A stretch of 64,000 bases of DNA from Bugula neritina. Taxonomy: Eukaryota; Animalia; Bryozoa. The DNA is taken from the NCBI GenBank assembly GCA_964035545.1, contig OZ037769.1, positions 12,306,633 through 12,370,632 on the forward strand, in the 5' to 3' direction. Shown here one piece after another: positions 13,480 through 38,500 of this stretch. Positions within the stretch are counted from its first letter, which is position 1, and the number at the start of each line of letters is the position of its first letter. The translations under genes and the position numbers were made by a program. The notes below the pieces were generated by a model that searched no databases, was not told the origin of the DNA, and saw only the letters and a program-made list of their open reading frames with translations.

Positions 13480-13605
13480 TGTATGCTGATTGTCAATCTA
13501 GTTGGAGTTCCAGCAAAGTAAAGTGCTCGATATCACGGGTGACAGAGCTAATATAATGTAGTGTGTTCAGATTGTTAATGATACATATATATTTTATTTA
13601 AAAAA

Positions 13606-13658
13606 TCTTACACGACTATATAGTTTCGTGCAGTAAACTGCACTCCTCAGGTGTTAGA
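13606..13658 (-). ncRNA. Minimal type I hammerhead ribozyme in the Penelope pLTR
   Basis: UCUAACAC-CUGAGGA-GUGCAG uuua CUGCAC-GAA-ACU auau AGUC/GUGUAAGA. The core is intact, stem II is 6 bp, stem III is palindromic, and the GUC cleavage site falls between 13614 and 13613. Confidence 0.9.
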
Positions 13659-13899
13659 CTAAAAATAAATAAAATCTATGAAGCATACCGATTATTCAAA
13701 TTTTTACATAAAGAAAATTATCATGCTAAACACAACGTAAAACGGAATGCAAACATAGTAGTGGATTTGGTGTTATCTATTAATTAATTAAATTAATTAA
13801 ATTGCTCTTTTTCTAAAGGATTAAACTATAAAAGCTAGATGTTTGATGGAAAGGCTAATTTATAATAGGTAGTACTATGGTTGAGAGTTGTTAGTATTG

Positions 13900-14223
13900 T
13901 TATGTGATGTTGCCCAGGTAGTGCTTACGTGCATGTCTGCATGTGGATAGAATTTCATTTCTGTTATTAAGGGAAGATTTGCTGGGCTGGTATATTATGA
14001 AATATTTTTCCCATAGGCAGAGGTTGCATCTTTTAGTGACTTTGTTGTATGAGTTGGTCTTTTTCATAATTTTCCATGTTATGTCAAAATGGGTGTTCTT
14101 GTCTTTTAGTTTCCAGATATATTTGCTCAATTCAGTATGGTTCTTTTTTGTTTTGTTGTTAAAAGTTGATTTGTGGTTATAAAATCTGGTTTTGAATTCT
14201 GTTTCTGATGTTCCCACGTAAGT
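13900..14223 (-). pseudogene. Penelope-like GIY-YIG endonuclease fragment (starts at the YVG half-motif)
   Basis: TYVGTSETEFKTRFYNHKSTF...TELSKYIWKLK...CNLCLWEKYFI...LNNRNEILSTCRH; the RT and the GIY half-motif are missing. Confidence 0.88.
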
Positions 14224-14268
14224 CTGAGGAGTGCAGTTTACTGCACGAAACTATATAGTCGTGTAAGA
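14224..14268 (+). ncRNA. Inverted copy of the hammerhead lacking the 5' strand of stem I
   Basis: Identical core and stems II/III; the inversion junction falls exactly at CUGAGGA. Confidence 0.7.
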
Positions 14269-14327
14269 TTTTTTAAATAAAATATATATGTATCATTAAC
14301 AATCTGAACACACTACATTATATATAC

Positions 14328-14405
<78 letters not shown>

Positions 14406-17400
14406 ATTGCTTTAGCACACTATAAGATAATCATCTTATAAAGTTAACACTCTACTACAAACTACAAACAAATAAAATATTCACCTATAAGGCTACAACA
14501 AATAGCTAAAGTTCAAAATGAATTTTATAAGAAGCCTATTAGATGGCGAATGAGTCACTCTGACGGTTTTGTTTTGTATAGAGATTGAATAGCCCCTCAC
14601 ACACAATCTAGCACTTGGGTTTCTGTTAAAAAGGGAGGAGAGAAGCCCCTTTGCTAAAGTCAAATTCTACTGGTAGTTAAAGCTGCTTCAAATGAATAAC
14701 CAGTCACATGTTAAGATAAATTTTTGATTAGCTGATGATAAGGAAAATCATTATAAAGAGAGTTAAGTAGTTAAATATTGGAAATCGCTAGAAATTGTAA
14801 TGTGCAGCAATAAAAGATGAAATATTAACTAAAATTACACTAAACATAGTACTTCTTTGTCCCAACACCAGCATCACATGGTTACATGGTTACAGAATAC
14901 TTCTGATAGCTGTATAGCATATTCTAGAATGTATATGCTGGTTGTATATAACTCATAATAGATGACTTGCTAACATAGTATGAGCATTACATTCTGCTAC
15001 AGGAGATAAAATGTGCTAGTAACAACTGTAACAAGGAGGGTAACAAGAGTATAATATGCTAGAACTATAAGGATGCTGATAAATTTAGATATGTGCCACA
15101 GTATGCTGGGTGTGAACATTAGCTGTGTTTTTGTTGAACAATGACAAAGATTTGTGAGCAGTGCACAAGCCAGCTGCGTCGCAACAACTCTGCTATTACG
15201 AGGATGGGCACTGTATCACCCCACCCTTCTTCTCCAACGAACGAGTAATTAAATAGCCTATATGCACCAATTTATTGTAATACTATACTATGTTAAAATG
15301 AGAATCGTTATAGTTTCTACAGAGGTCAACGCTAACCTTCAACTAGTTTATCAGTCTATGCAGATGTAGTGAAAGATGCACTGCTCAATATAAACTTCTA
15401 TCACGCAGAAACTCTCACCAGTAGCCATCTACTAAAGCATACTGCTATAAAGATATCTTTTATCTTACAGACAAGAGAAAAACCAGCTTTGTAAGATTTG
15501 AGCAGAGTTTCGGACTCACCTCAACTGTCTAAGCGCTAAAGTCTTGAAGTTGCGTTTGCTGTAGGTTTTATAGAGTGTATTACGTAGAGTAGGTTAATGC
15601 TGAGCAACTACATGTACTGGAGAGTATGTTCTGTAGAAGAATGATGCTTGGTGATATGTAGTTTGGCATGCTGGCGTGGCATCATCCTATGTTGGTGAGA
15701 ATTCATCATGGTACCCCCAGAAAAACCTCTGCATACATTATGGATAGTGAATGCAGATGGTGATGCTTTATTCCACCAGCAGTAGTGAACTGATCATTTT
15801 GAACATATCACTTTATGATCTTTCTCTGTAGTTGTCAGCAAAAATAGACAGCATACTACACTACGGCTTGGGAAGGCAACACACCCGGCTAATAGTTTGG
15901 TTGGGGAAGAGAAACTGGTAAAGGCTAGAGGGAACCCTCAGCAACCAGTATATTATTATACAAACTACAAAGGTCAGATCAACATACAGCTGCTACGTAG
16001 TGGTAACAAACTCATCAAGTAGTAACTATACCAACACTTCTGCCATCGCTACATGTGTATATAATAGATATATAATTTTTTGTCCTAATTTCTAATTAAT
16101 AAAGAGGACATTTTCCACTATGACTTTTTGCTATGCCTAATTAGGCTACAAGCAACGCTGCTAAAGCTCTAACTGGTTAAAGCGAATTAAAACACACTTC
16201 TCTCCCTGGATATTAAATTCAAGACCAATGTCAAAAATATGTAATGCACATTAGTTCTCCATAATATAATTACACAAACTTATCTGGTAATAATTATACC
16301 ATGACTGGCCGCTAAGGGTTTACTCATAGCTGTCTATTATATAGTACACAATACTGCTCATTGAACGCAGATGCTCAATCTGTCATAAATCAAGTTACAG
16401 ATTTTATAGAGACAGGCTGGCGCCAAAGTGAATCTGCAGCTGTGTTTCCCAGATTTCAAGCCTAAGTTGTTCACAAACTAATTGAGAATACATACAAGAG
16501 CTATCTCAACGCCCCTCTGTTTGATGCATCTATTCAGTGATGACCTCTGCACTTACTCGCCCATGTGAGGTAATGTTATTAAAAACATACGTCTCTAACT
16601 TTTAAGAGAGGATAACTCTAGTAACATAGATAATCCACACTAAGTACTAGTATAATATGTTAAGCACATATTAATAAAGTAGACATGCGTATTAACTACA
16701 ACGTATTGTATCTCATCTGCTACAATTTCTTGAGACTATCTAAGTAGTTCTACAACTTTTAATGACATTATGAAACAATTGTGTTGTATGGAAAAACCCA
16801 ATTAAGCCACTATATTATGACCAGAGACATGGGGGTAAATCTTGAGAATGACAATATTCTCAAACTGAAATAATTCTCTGGTACATCTAAATCCTGCTAT
16901 ACTTTTACATATAAGCATCTTTAGACTTTCATAGCACATGCTTGATTTGCTGCATAATAATACGCTTTTACAGTAATATTATATGTAAACTAAGCAAAGC
17001 AAGAATTAGTTTAAAAATCAGGTATCAATTAGGAAAATAACCTATATTATCTAGTTTATCTAAAATATACTGTATTTAAACTATCCTTTATTCAACACTA
17101 TTATTAGAGACTATGCGTCTATTATAAATATTGTAAATACCCTTACTAAAAAATTGACAATAGATAAAGTTAAAAAGCAAGAAATTTTAGTCCTGAACTG
17201 TTAAGAGTTTTGGAAACTTGAATTACTAATGGCAATTAGCTCAGAATTCTACTTACTTTGTCTGCGCTGCTCTCTACTAGTAAATACTGAACACTTTCCC
17301 CTCCTTTACATGCAGCTGCTGAAAGTGGAGCTGCCACTCTTTCAAGCAGTATTAAAATATATTAATTGTTGTTACAGTTATGTTTCATGTAAAGTCAACA

Positions 17401-18378
17401 CCCACCATCTGTTTTACCAACTGCAAAAATAACCACATATCCTAACTCTCTCCGAGAAAAGCTAGGTTGGGGCAACCAGGGTACCGTATCTCAGCTAAAA
17501 AAAGCCCGTGTTCTCACAACAAAGGACTGATAACAGAATCATTATCTGATAGCTTCATTAGTAAGGAAAATATTGACACATATCTAGTTAAACAAGACAA
17601 TACAATATTCTAGTAACATTTGTCAATACAAATTAATGTGTTTTGTGTTACAATATGTTTGAGCATTGTTGAACTAAGGAGTGCTAAATGGTCTAACAAT
17701 GTAATATAAAAGCAGGCTATGACATTGGTCTTTATATCTATCAATAGAGTAGGTGCAGATGCGCAGGCCCTTTGTGTTCCTTCAGATCTGGTGATTATTG
17801 ATGTAACTCTAACTTTGAACAGCATTATTATGAATTTGTAAGTAATGAAAATGTGCATATATTAATATAATGTTGAGTTGCATCACTATATTATATGTAC
17901 CGCAGGGGTGACTTGCACTGCTATGGTTTTGTAAGTTATTCAGATTTTTTAAGATCCTTGAAAGTTACCTACCAACATTATGTTGGTACAGGTTTATTCT
18001 GTCAAAACTTAACCTGCAGTCTATAAAGCAGACTACATTTACACACTGCACACAAAATAACTCCTAAAGCTTTTTTACTGCACTAGAAATACTACTAAGC
18101 TTCCTTTTGTAAAATGATACCACAACTCCCTATTTCAACAGCGTTGGCCGAATTGTAGATTAGCAAGCAATAAATCTGTTATTTATTTTAAATATTATGT
18201 ATATTTGTGGTGATGAAAATTTACCATTAACCAAACAAAATACAACAAAGCTATAAGCATTCATTACTTAAACATCCGTGCATCAAATAGATTTTATCAA
18301 AAATAAATGACATAATAGACATTATACTACATATAATAGACACTTAAACTGCATAATTGAGCTGAATGAGAAAAGAAT

Positions 18379-29664
<11,286 letters not shown>

Positions 29665-30084
29665 ACTACTTATTCTAGTTATTGTCAAAGTATGAATTTG
29701 TAAGAAACTCTTCAAACAATTCTTCAATCCGAAAGTTTTAAATCTAAAATAATCAAGCAAATGTAACCTTTGAGACTAATACATTGAACTATTCATTCAC
29801 TGTAAACTCTGTAGGGTCAAAGGTCAAATTATTATAAATTCATGAAATTGATTGCAGTTTAGGTGTCAAAATGAAGGCCAAGTGTTTGAACATTGTTTAG
29901 GGCAACACATGTTTGAGAACAACTATTTTGACTGGCTGGTAGTTTACCAAGATGAGTTTTGCTGTTAACCTGTAGAACATTTAGATTATATTCTAGTTTT
30001 ATGTCCACAGAATAACTTATTGTGGTAAAATATGACCTTTGCAATAAATGTCAAGCTTATTTCATGACTACAATAACAAAAAAC

Positions 30085-30170
30085 AAGTTCTTAGCCTTCA
30101 TTAAAACCCTTTCCACTAGGGGCTCTCACAGGATGGCAACTATAAGGACTATAACACCATGTGAGTATTT
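30085..30170 (+). mobile_element. SINE family 1, 3' fragment
   Basis: CTTAGCC...AAACCCTTTCCACTAGGGGCTCTCACAGGATGGCAACTATAA matches the family tail. Confidence 0.65.
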
Positions 30171-31899
30171 TTACTTCGATGCTAAAGTCAACAAAAAGTA
30201 ATTTAGTTGACTTTATTACACACCACAAAAGACTAGATAATGTATAATGAAGTAACAACTATATCATGTAGTGCAATTGATATAAAACATGTTGAATTAG
30301 GTGTAGGATGTAAGAATTTAAAGGCTACCACACAAATGTTACAGCAATAGTATGGTGTGAAACTAGCAATATGAGGCAATTAAAGTGGCAGGTATTTGAT
30401 AGAACTCAAGGTAAGTGGAAGTTGCAAACTTTACACCGTAACTCTGTAAAATCACTGCTTTGTAAAAAAAAACATTAATTTCAACAAATATTAGATCAAT
30501 AATATGACTCAATTGTTTGAACTTTGCTGTGTATGTTTATTATAATAATGCAATGTATGAACAATAGAAGAATTCATTAACTTATAACTGGTATAGGTTT
30601 AAAACAAAATTTTACTAGAAATTTCTACTAAAACACCTACCAGCAGTTTCTTGTTTGAATGCAGATGAAGAGAAACACATAGATAATGATTAGTCTCGCT
30701 TTGAGTTGTAATTATTAATAAAAAAGCTTAGCAGGCTGTATGGTAAAGAGCAGGCTATATTAAGGCTATGTGTGCACTACAGTGCAAGCTTCTGATAAAA
30801 AGCCTAAAGCACTATAGCTTCATATGACTATTCAAGAAATATAAGCAAGTTATTAAAAATATTTTATGGTGAAAGTATTATCTATTACCTTATAAGTAGA
30901 GTAACTGAAAAGTTTTTTAGCCAGCTTCAACTTCCTCTTTCTTCATGTTAGGCTTCAAAAATGGGATCAATTAGATGTTGGACACATGCTTTAAGTATCT
31001 GGTTACTAGCATCAATTAGGCTTGCAAAGTTAAACAAAGTGACTATTTTGTTGAAAACTTTTTAAAAAACCCAGGTGTGGCTAGTTGGAAAATTTTTATT
31101 GCCATATTTCTATTTACTATGGGCTATGGAATAGCTATAGTGTAAAAAATGGCAAAAAATATACAATCTCATATTGGTATGTTCACCAAAAAAATTGGGG
31201 TCAATTAGTCCCTCAATAATTTGGTTATCAAAACAATGAATTCATTTTTTATATTAAAATCTATATTGTGTTTGCTATTTATTACAATAGCAGGCTACAG
31301 CTGACAAGGCAAGCCCTTGTTGAAAAAATCTGTGAGTGTTTGAAGGACAGTATACTTCTATAAAATACATTCATGCTAAACTCATTTGAAGCAAAATATC
31401 TATATTGGCCATTATGACAAATTAATGACTAACACATTAGTTATAATGTAAAATTTAGTAGGAACTTGTAGTCTATAAAGTTATAAGTGTCATTAATCAA
31501 CCAGTGCAGACAACAGTGTAGATTTTCAACAACTATTAGTGTCTTATATAACGATAATCAGAATAGTTGTCTTCTTTTACTAATATTATTTCTTTTCTTG
31601 GGAACAAAATGATTTCTGATGCCTTAGTTTAAGAGTTATCTTTCTTATAAGAATAATAATCCGCGAAAGTAAATTGGTGACCTAGTAACCCCGTGCTCAA
31701 ATTTATATCCAAAGTCAATAGTTGACTCTTGTCCAATGGCCATCAACGAGTCCCATACTAATAATATTAATTAATAATCGTGATACATTCCTTCAATGAA
31801 CTCAATAATTCCAGCTCAGTGCATTCCTTAGTTTATAGTCAAAAATAGCCTCAATTCTGACTAAATCGCACACGTGTATTTATAGCGCTATTGATTACT

Positions 31900-33129
31900 T
31901 TTACCTTAGTCTTATGTAATTATTAATTAATTATATAATCATAATGATAAACTCAAAGTCTTACTAGCTATAATAGTAATACTATTAGTATTAGCCAATG
32001 TCATACTGATGCTAATACTAATAATAAAAAAGTATTGGTATACTATTAATAAAAATATATTATAATTAATTTAATATTATTATATTTATTATTTTATATA
32101 ATATTTATTGTTTAATTGTATGATTTAAATTATAATATATATTAATATAAGTTATAATTTATATAAATTATAATTATTGTTAGTATTATATTTATATAAT
32201 AATAAATTCAATTTAACCTAAAGTTACACTTTCACTTTGCAATTTTATTTTAAAATTGCATCAGACTCAGTATGAGTATTGTTATATTCATATTGATATT
32301 CATATTATTATTTCATTTTCAAATTCAATCATTCAATTTCACCATTGTGATTGTGATACTCATATTGATATTCACATTCATAATCGCAATGATACTCCTA
32401 CATACTGATACTCATCGTCATGCAGTTGGTGCTACACTTTGACTTGGTCTTGCACTAAGCTTACAGTATCGGTATCAATTACAATATGAGTATGATTTTG
32501 TTTCTATTCTTGAAATTGAGCAAGTTTTTTTATATTTATTCACTGTTGGTAAAGTTAAAATGTTGATCTTACCATTAGTGTTTAGAGGGTTAGACTAAAA
32601 CTTAGAGTTAGACTTACATTTACTCTTTAGTTATACTTATTGTAGCTTAAACTTAATATTATAGTATTACTAGTATTACTATTAGTAATATTAATACTTA
32701 TAGGTTATAATTATTACTATTAGTATTAGTATTACTATTAGCCATAAGGCTTAGACTTAGACTAAGAGTTACACTTACTGTTAGTTCCATCAGTAATCAC
32801 AAAGTTGAAGTTTAGTAGCTATAGTAAAACTAATACTCAATTATCAATAGTCACAGTTCAAAAAGGAGTGTCTACCCAGACACAGTCCATGAATAATATT
32901 GATAATAGTTATTACAAATATAATAATTAATAAAGTCAATGCTAGTATTCAGACTTGGATTTTAGTTACTAGTTGCACTAAATCTTATAGTATTCTAATA
33001 TAATATTATTCATTACTCAATTCATACTACTAGTATTAGTAGAGTTCCTATTTGAAATTCCCATATAGTATTTTTAGCTAGTAATGTTGCTATCACTAAT
33101 ACTAATACAATTTTTTATGTCTACTGCTT

Positions 33130-33170
<41 letters not shown>

Positions 33171-33180
33171 ATTGTACTAC
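31900..33180. repeat. Cryptic 6-bp-periodic ACT/AGT-rich tract between the divergent PARP-like and ALAS genes, ending in (CTG)n
   Basis: Runs such as AGAGTT AGACTT ACATTT and AGTATT ACTATT AGTAAT; no long ORF. Confidence 0.7.
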
Positions 33181-34807
33181 CCGCTCGCATAAGAAGATAA
33201 CTTGGTCAAGATATTTGTGAACATAAATTTTGGCAAATTATATAGAAACACTTTTCAAACATTTACAGTGTTTAAGCAACTATCATGTATCAGCGTGTAG
33301 GTAAAACTCCAACTATTTAAAATGATCATTTCAAAATTAGGCAATTTATAAAAGGTCGCTTTGGTGATTACATTAAACTTAGAATTTTTATGCTTTGAGT
33401 TATCAATAATTATAATTAGTTTTAATGTTGTTAACAACTATATTGTGTGTTTAGTTATCAGTAATGAGAATTCAATTACGGATTTTTTTTCAGTCTTCAT
33501 ATGTAGGTTGTATAATTAATTAGAGTTGCACATAGTCATTGTAAAAAGACAAATAGATTACTGCTCTCTAAGTTTTAAACCAACGCCCACAGGTGTATAT
33601 CATTAACAACAAAATCTTGAGCCTGATATATTCCAGTGCATCAAACCAAGCATAAGCATATTTTAAACCTTTGTACACCATCTATTGCAGTAGTATTGCA
33701 TCTAACTATAATTGTGATCTATATTGTATTTAAACTTTGTAGTGAAGTTAACAATTTCTACAGTAATTATCTAAAAAGAATATTTATGACTCTTTTTACT
33801 AATACTTTTTAATTTTGTGAGGGCTGTATTTTTCGATTCTGGGTTTTTTTTCATACAATATAAAATTATTAATTTTTACTAGCACCATTGGTTATCGATG
33901 CCAATTTTGAAAGCCTGCTTGAGAAAACCTACAAATATGCAAATGGCACTGGAACAATATTTTTATTTAAATAATACTTGGTTGAATGAACACGCTAATT
34001 AATGAAGCGTAGTAAATGACAATCTTCCTCTCTCCGTCTAGTTTTCATTTGTGTTTCTATTCCTTTGGTTGCTGGTCACAATTGAACGGTGCTATGTTTA
34101 ACAACACATCTTGTGAGTATGACATAAACATTAGCTACTGCATAGTGATATTCTACTAAATATATTAGTGTTCGTTTTATACCAATATACACAGCTTGTG
34201 TGGTTTCGTTCGACAAGCCATTCTTTTTGTACTGTGTATAAGTACTAGCTCAACATATGGTCTCAGATCTCTAAGCTAGGAAATGTCATATTTTTGTTTA
34301 GTTATTGATTTTTCTTGGAGATCTCCTGCCACCTAATGCCTTTTGTATCAGTAGAAAGCTTCAAATTTGCTGGTTTTGACCACAACAATGTTTTGAATAT
34401 TGTAAAAATATATTTTGCTACACAGTAAAACAAAAAATTCTCACAAAAATTCAGGTATTTTTTTAAAAAATTTGATAAAATGACACATTTAACTTCTGAC
34501 AATATAGATTTTATTTTGCTGGTTCACATATCTGTATGTAAAGTAACTTTAGTAAATGCTAAGTTTTTTTTAATAAAAAGTGCTAGGGAGTAGACAACAT
34601 TTGAATGCTCTTATTATCAGCAATAGTTGTCATTATATTATACTAATATGTAGCAAGTTACTACTTACTATTGTGTAGTTATATTGGACTATATTTATAC
34701 TGAATTTACTAAACATTTATGTTATGGTACAGTTATTAGTGGAAGTGCCTCATCTACTGTACCATAGCATATCTAATCTGTACTATGTATTATGAAAATC
34801 ACAGATA

Positions 34808-35016
34808 CAGTGCTCCCTCCGTATCTCACTACATTGCGGGTCCCAAAATCTCAATTCGTGACATAGTAGAATACCACATTTAGCTCTCGGATCTGTTAAA
34901 TTCGGCCATTTTGTCCCTATACACACATACATAAGCCACAAAACAGGGATCCAGGTCCTTCTTGTGACTTATGGAATTTCGTAAGAAATGGCTCTGTGAG
35001 ATATGGAAGGAGCACT
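34808..35016. mobile_element. pogo/Tigger-like MITE upstream of the ALAS start codon
   Basis: TA followed by (C)AGTGCTCCCTCCGTATCTCAC, and GTGAGATATGGAAGGAGCACT at the other end: 19/21 inverted match. Confidence 0.7.
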
Positions 35017-35556
35017 TTGCTATGATTTTACTACATCATTATACTCCAGAATATAATATACATATGATAGGCTACTCTAGCAATTGAATGGTTGAGCTTT
35101 TCGAACTATAAATTCTTAGGCAACTAATAAATCTAAGGCTACCTGCCATGGTTATAGACACTGACGGTTAATTTAGCTGGGAGTTTCACAACTCCATCTA
35201 CAGTAAATCTAGTCCTTCCTCTTCTCTGGTCTGCATTTCCCTGTGTCAGATGGGTATATATTGGTTAAGATTAAATGCTCATTTGTTATGATGATGGCCA
35301 AACCACAAAACCTCTTGACATCCTTGCCTTAGTGTTATCTGAGGATTCAGCGGAACAACTTCTGTTGTTTTCTCTATTTGTAATTTATTGATGAAGACTG
35401 AACTTTTGTGTCTGGCTTGATTAGCCTGTCACACCTGTGCTTGTTGGTTTGGGACTAAAATAAAGTCTATTTTGTCCTGATCATTCGCCCTCATTTTTAT
35501 CAACCATTTTTTCATGTCTACATGTTACACACAATTTTATGTTGATAGATCGAATA

Positions 35557-38500
35557 ATGAAGGCCTTACAGTGCCCATTTCTGTCTCGCATGCCTTCCAA
35601 CAGCCTGACGAAGCAAGCTCCATCTGTCATTGGCATGGCCAGTCAGTGCCCTGTCATGAGACATGCTATGAAGTACACTAAGTTAGCTACTACTACTGGC
35701 ACTGACATGCCCAGTGAGTGCCCTCTACCTGCTACACAAGTGTCATAGTCATAGTTTATTATCATCTATGTTAAAGTGTTACATTTTATACAGTGAAGTT
35801 GAATGTTTTGATACCCATTCGTTTCCTTGTACATCCTTTTACCACATCATCAAATTTCAAAATAAATGTTGAAATGCATTTTAGCAACAATTGCGCTAAT
35901 GTTCCAGTCATGTAGGTTGCATGGTCTGCTGTATACCATACAGTGATGTACAGATTAGGTTATTCACCCATTCAGTGGCATGTGGCATATGCAATGCATA
36001 AATTATGATGTATAATGCAGGACCACTTAACTATGTATAGTAATTTACTCTGACATTTTGCTATTCTATGTTGTTGTATTGTTGTAGCTATGATGAAGAA
36101 GTGCCCATTTCCTCATCATAAAATGGGCGGGTCAACTGTTGCCGGCATCTCTAGCCTGGTGGGCGGTCACGCTGCCTCTAGCAGTCCCACCCAATCTCCA
36201 GGTAAATCTCCTACCAGTACGCCACCTAGTGGCTGGTAATACTGCTCTATAGCTCTTTCTTGCAGTAGATGATGAATGTGGAGTATTCAGTTTATTCCGC
36301 TTTGTTCATGTTTTAGTAGCTTGTATTTGATCTCATATAAGTATAGGCGACATAATAGTTATATTCTTCTCTATTTACGAAGAATTTTATTTTATTTATG
36401 ATATATGAATAGAAACTTTGAGTTGTAGGTTTATTTACTTGAAATCTTGTTTCTTGGCCATTTATCACCATGTATATAGTGTAGACTGTAGTGTGTACAC
36501 TGAAGCTGTCCCAGGTCTAATCTGTACTGCATGCCTGTTTTGTTGTTGAGAGTCCCTTATCTCCCATGTGGCTATCACATGAGCCAGTCAGTTGTACTAG
36601 GATACAGTATTCTCAGTGTCTAGTATATCAGTGTTTCAATTCCCTTCCCTAAACACATTAAGCTGGTTGAATTACCTGAATAACCCGTGGTATGGTGCTT
36701 TAGCTGCCGGCTGTCCTGCTGACTCAAAAAAGCCTGATTCGTCTAAAGATAAGAAAGGGTCATCTAGAGATGGGGAAGGCAGGGAGACCCCTTTCCCGTA
36801 CGAGCAGTTCTGGAGTGACAGGATAGAGGCTAAAAAGAAGGATCACACCTACCGAGTCTTCAGGAATGTTGAACGAAATGCTCAGACGTTTCCTTTGGCC
36901 AAGGTTGGTAATGGTTAGGTTGTGATTTTGATGTTGCCATGACGACAGTGTTACAGGAAGTAGCTGATGACTCGCTGCAGTTGACAGGAACTTGTCAATC
37001 TGCTGATGAAATTGCTGGTATCTTTCTTATGGTCATAGTATATAGACTAGTCTGGCTTACCATTATATCATGTCTACACATAAGCTATGGATACTTGCAT
37101 GTAGTCACAGCTATAATATTATATGATCATGTGTTTTGTCAAGTGTACTGAAAGTGTGTTCTTGTACATACTCTGCATGTTTGCAAAATAATATTTTATA
37201 TGCTGACATATGACTCAGCATTATATAGAATATGCAGCTCGTAATTGCAGGGGATGATGATGCATTTCTAATTCATGCTTTGTTAATTATTGACAGAAGG
37301 AGTTTTTCTTTTCACTTGCATCCTATTGTGTGTCTGTTCAGGTATCTTCAAGTGTTTGCATGCTACAAGGGTATCCAGGTGTGTTTATTCTACTGTATGT
37401 TGAAGTGTATGTATGTTAAAGTGTATGTATGTTCAAGTATATGTATGTTCAGGTGGTGAAGGAGGGTGCCAGGGCTAAGCAGGACATCCAGGTGTGGTGC
37501 AGCAACGACTACATGGGAATGAGTTGGCATCCAAAAGTTCAAAATGTCGTCAAGTGAGTGATTCGCACATTATTAACTTTTTCACTAAAAGAGCCTTGTA
37601 TCTAATTGCTCTTATTTTATAGCAACCATTGTTTACACACTATAAGATTAATTTTATGTATTTATAAGAACCACTGTATACTATATAATGCTATATGATA
37701 ATCAATCTCTACGTGTTATAAGTACTTTTACATATATTTAATGAAAATCTATATATATATTTTATAAGAATATTGGATATTCACAGGGAGACTGTGGACA
37801 AGCACGGGGTTGGAGCTGGTGGTACTAGAAATATCTCCGGCACCTCTCCGCTACATAACCTACTGGAAGCCGATCTCGCTAAACTCCACCAGAAAGAGGC
37901 TGCATTACTGTTTACATCCTGTTACGTCGCCAACGATACGTCACTGTACACGATGGCCAGAATGCTCCCCGGTAAGCTGACGTGTGCAGATGGCACTTCC
38001 CACTAGATAACAGACCTACAGCTCTGTGTAAACAAATAGTGTTTGTGTCTCCCTCCATGTTTATGTCAGTTACACAAAGTAGTTGATATAAAACCTCACA
38101 CAAGTTAATAGTCACCATCCCAATACATGGTAGATCTTTCCCTCAGATTTTGTCATGTGATCTTTAGGTCCGATTAAATTTATTTCTCATTTTTAATACC
38201 CAACGTTTCATGTTTTATCTTTGATGATGTAACGAAAGCTCCTGCTGTTTGGTGATGCAATTTCCACTATTCAGGCAGCCTCTTTCTCAATCATGTCTCT
38301 GCAAGTATTAGCGTAATGTAAAGAGTAATGCAAGCATTTGTATTGCATATATTCACTGTACAAAAGGTCTTAACTAGCAGCCTGAAATCTTAGCTTGTCT
38401 AAACAATTGTTGTGTATTTCTTTTCTGAATCAGGTATGTAAGGCCTGGGCATAGTTGAGTAAACATTGGTTTAGCTCTTATCAATTTTAAATCAATTTCT

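Larger units (their letters stand above)
13551..14323 (-). mobile_element. 5'-truncated Penelope-like retroelement with inverted pLTR, between (TA)n tracts
   Basis: GIY-YIG endonuclease C-terminal half on the minus strand; perfect 100-bp inverted arms 13551-13650 / 14224-14323 containing a hammerhead; (TA)n at about 13405-13480 and 14320-14403. Confidence 0.9.

Noticed and set aside
35285-35345. C/D box snoRNA (ATGATGA...CTGA)
   Set aside because: Short, no terminal stem and no recognisable rRNA guide.
33180-35556. Iron-responsive element in the ALAS 5' region (as in vertebrate ALAS2)
   Set aside because: The CAGTGC hits at ~33634 and ~34808 lack the 5-bp upper stem and bulged C; the second is a MITE TIR.
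36960-37010. CTGATGA next to a hairpin in an ALAS intron
   Set aside because: No GAAA/stem III geometry; only a small hairpin.
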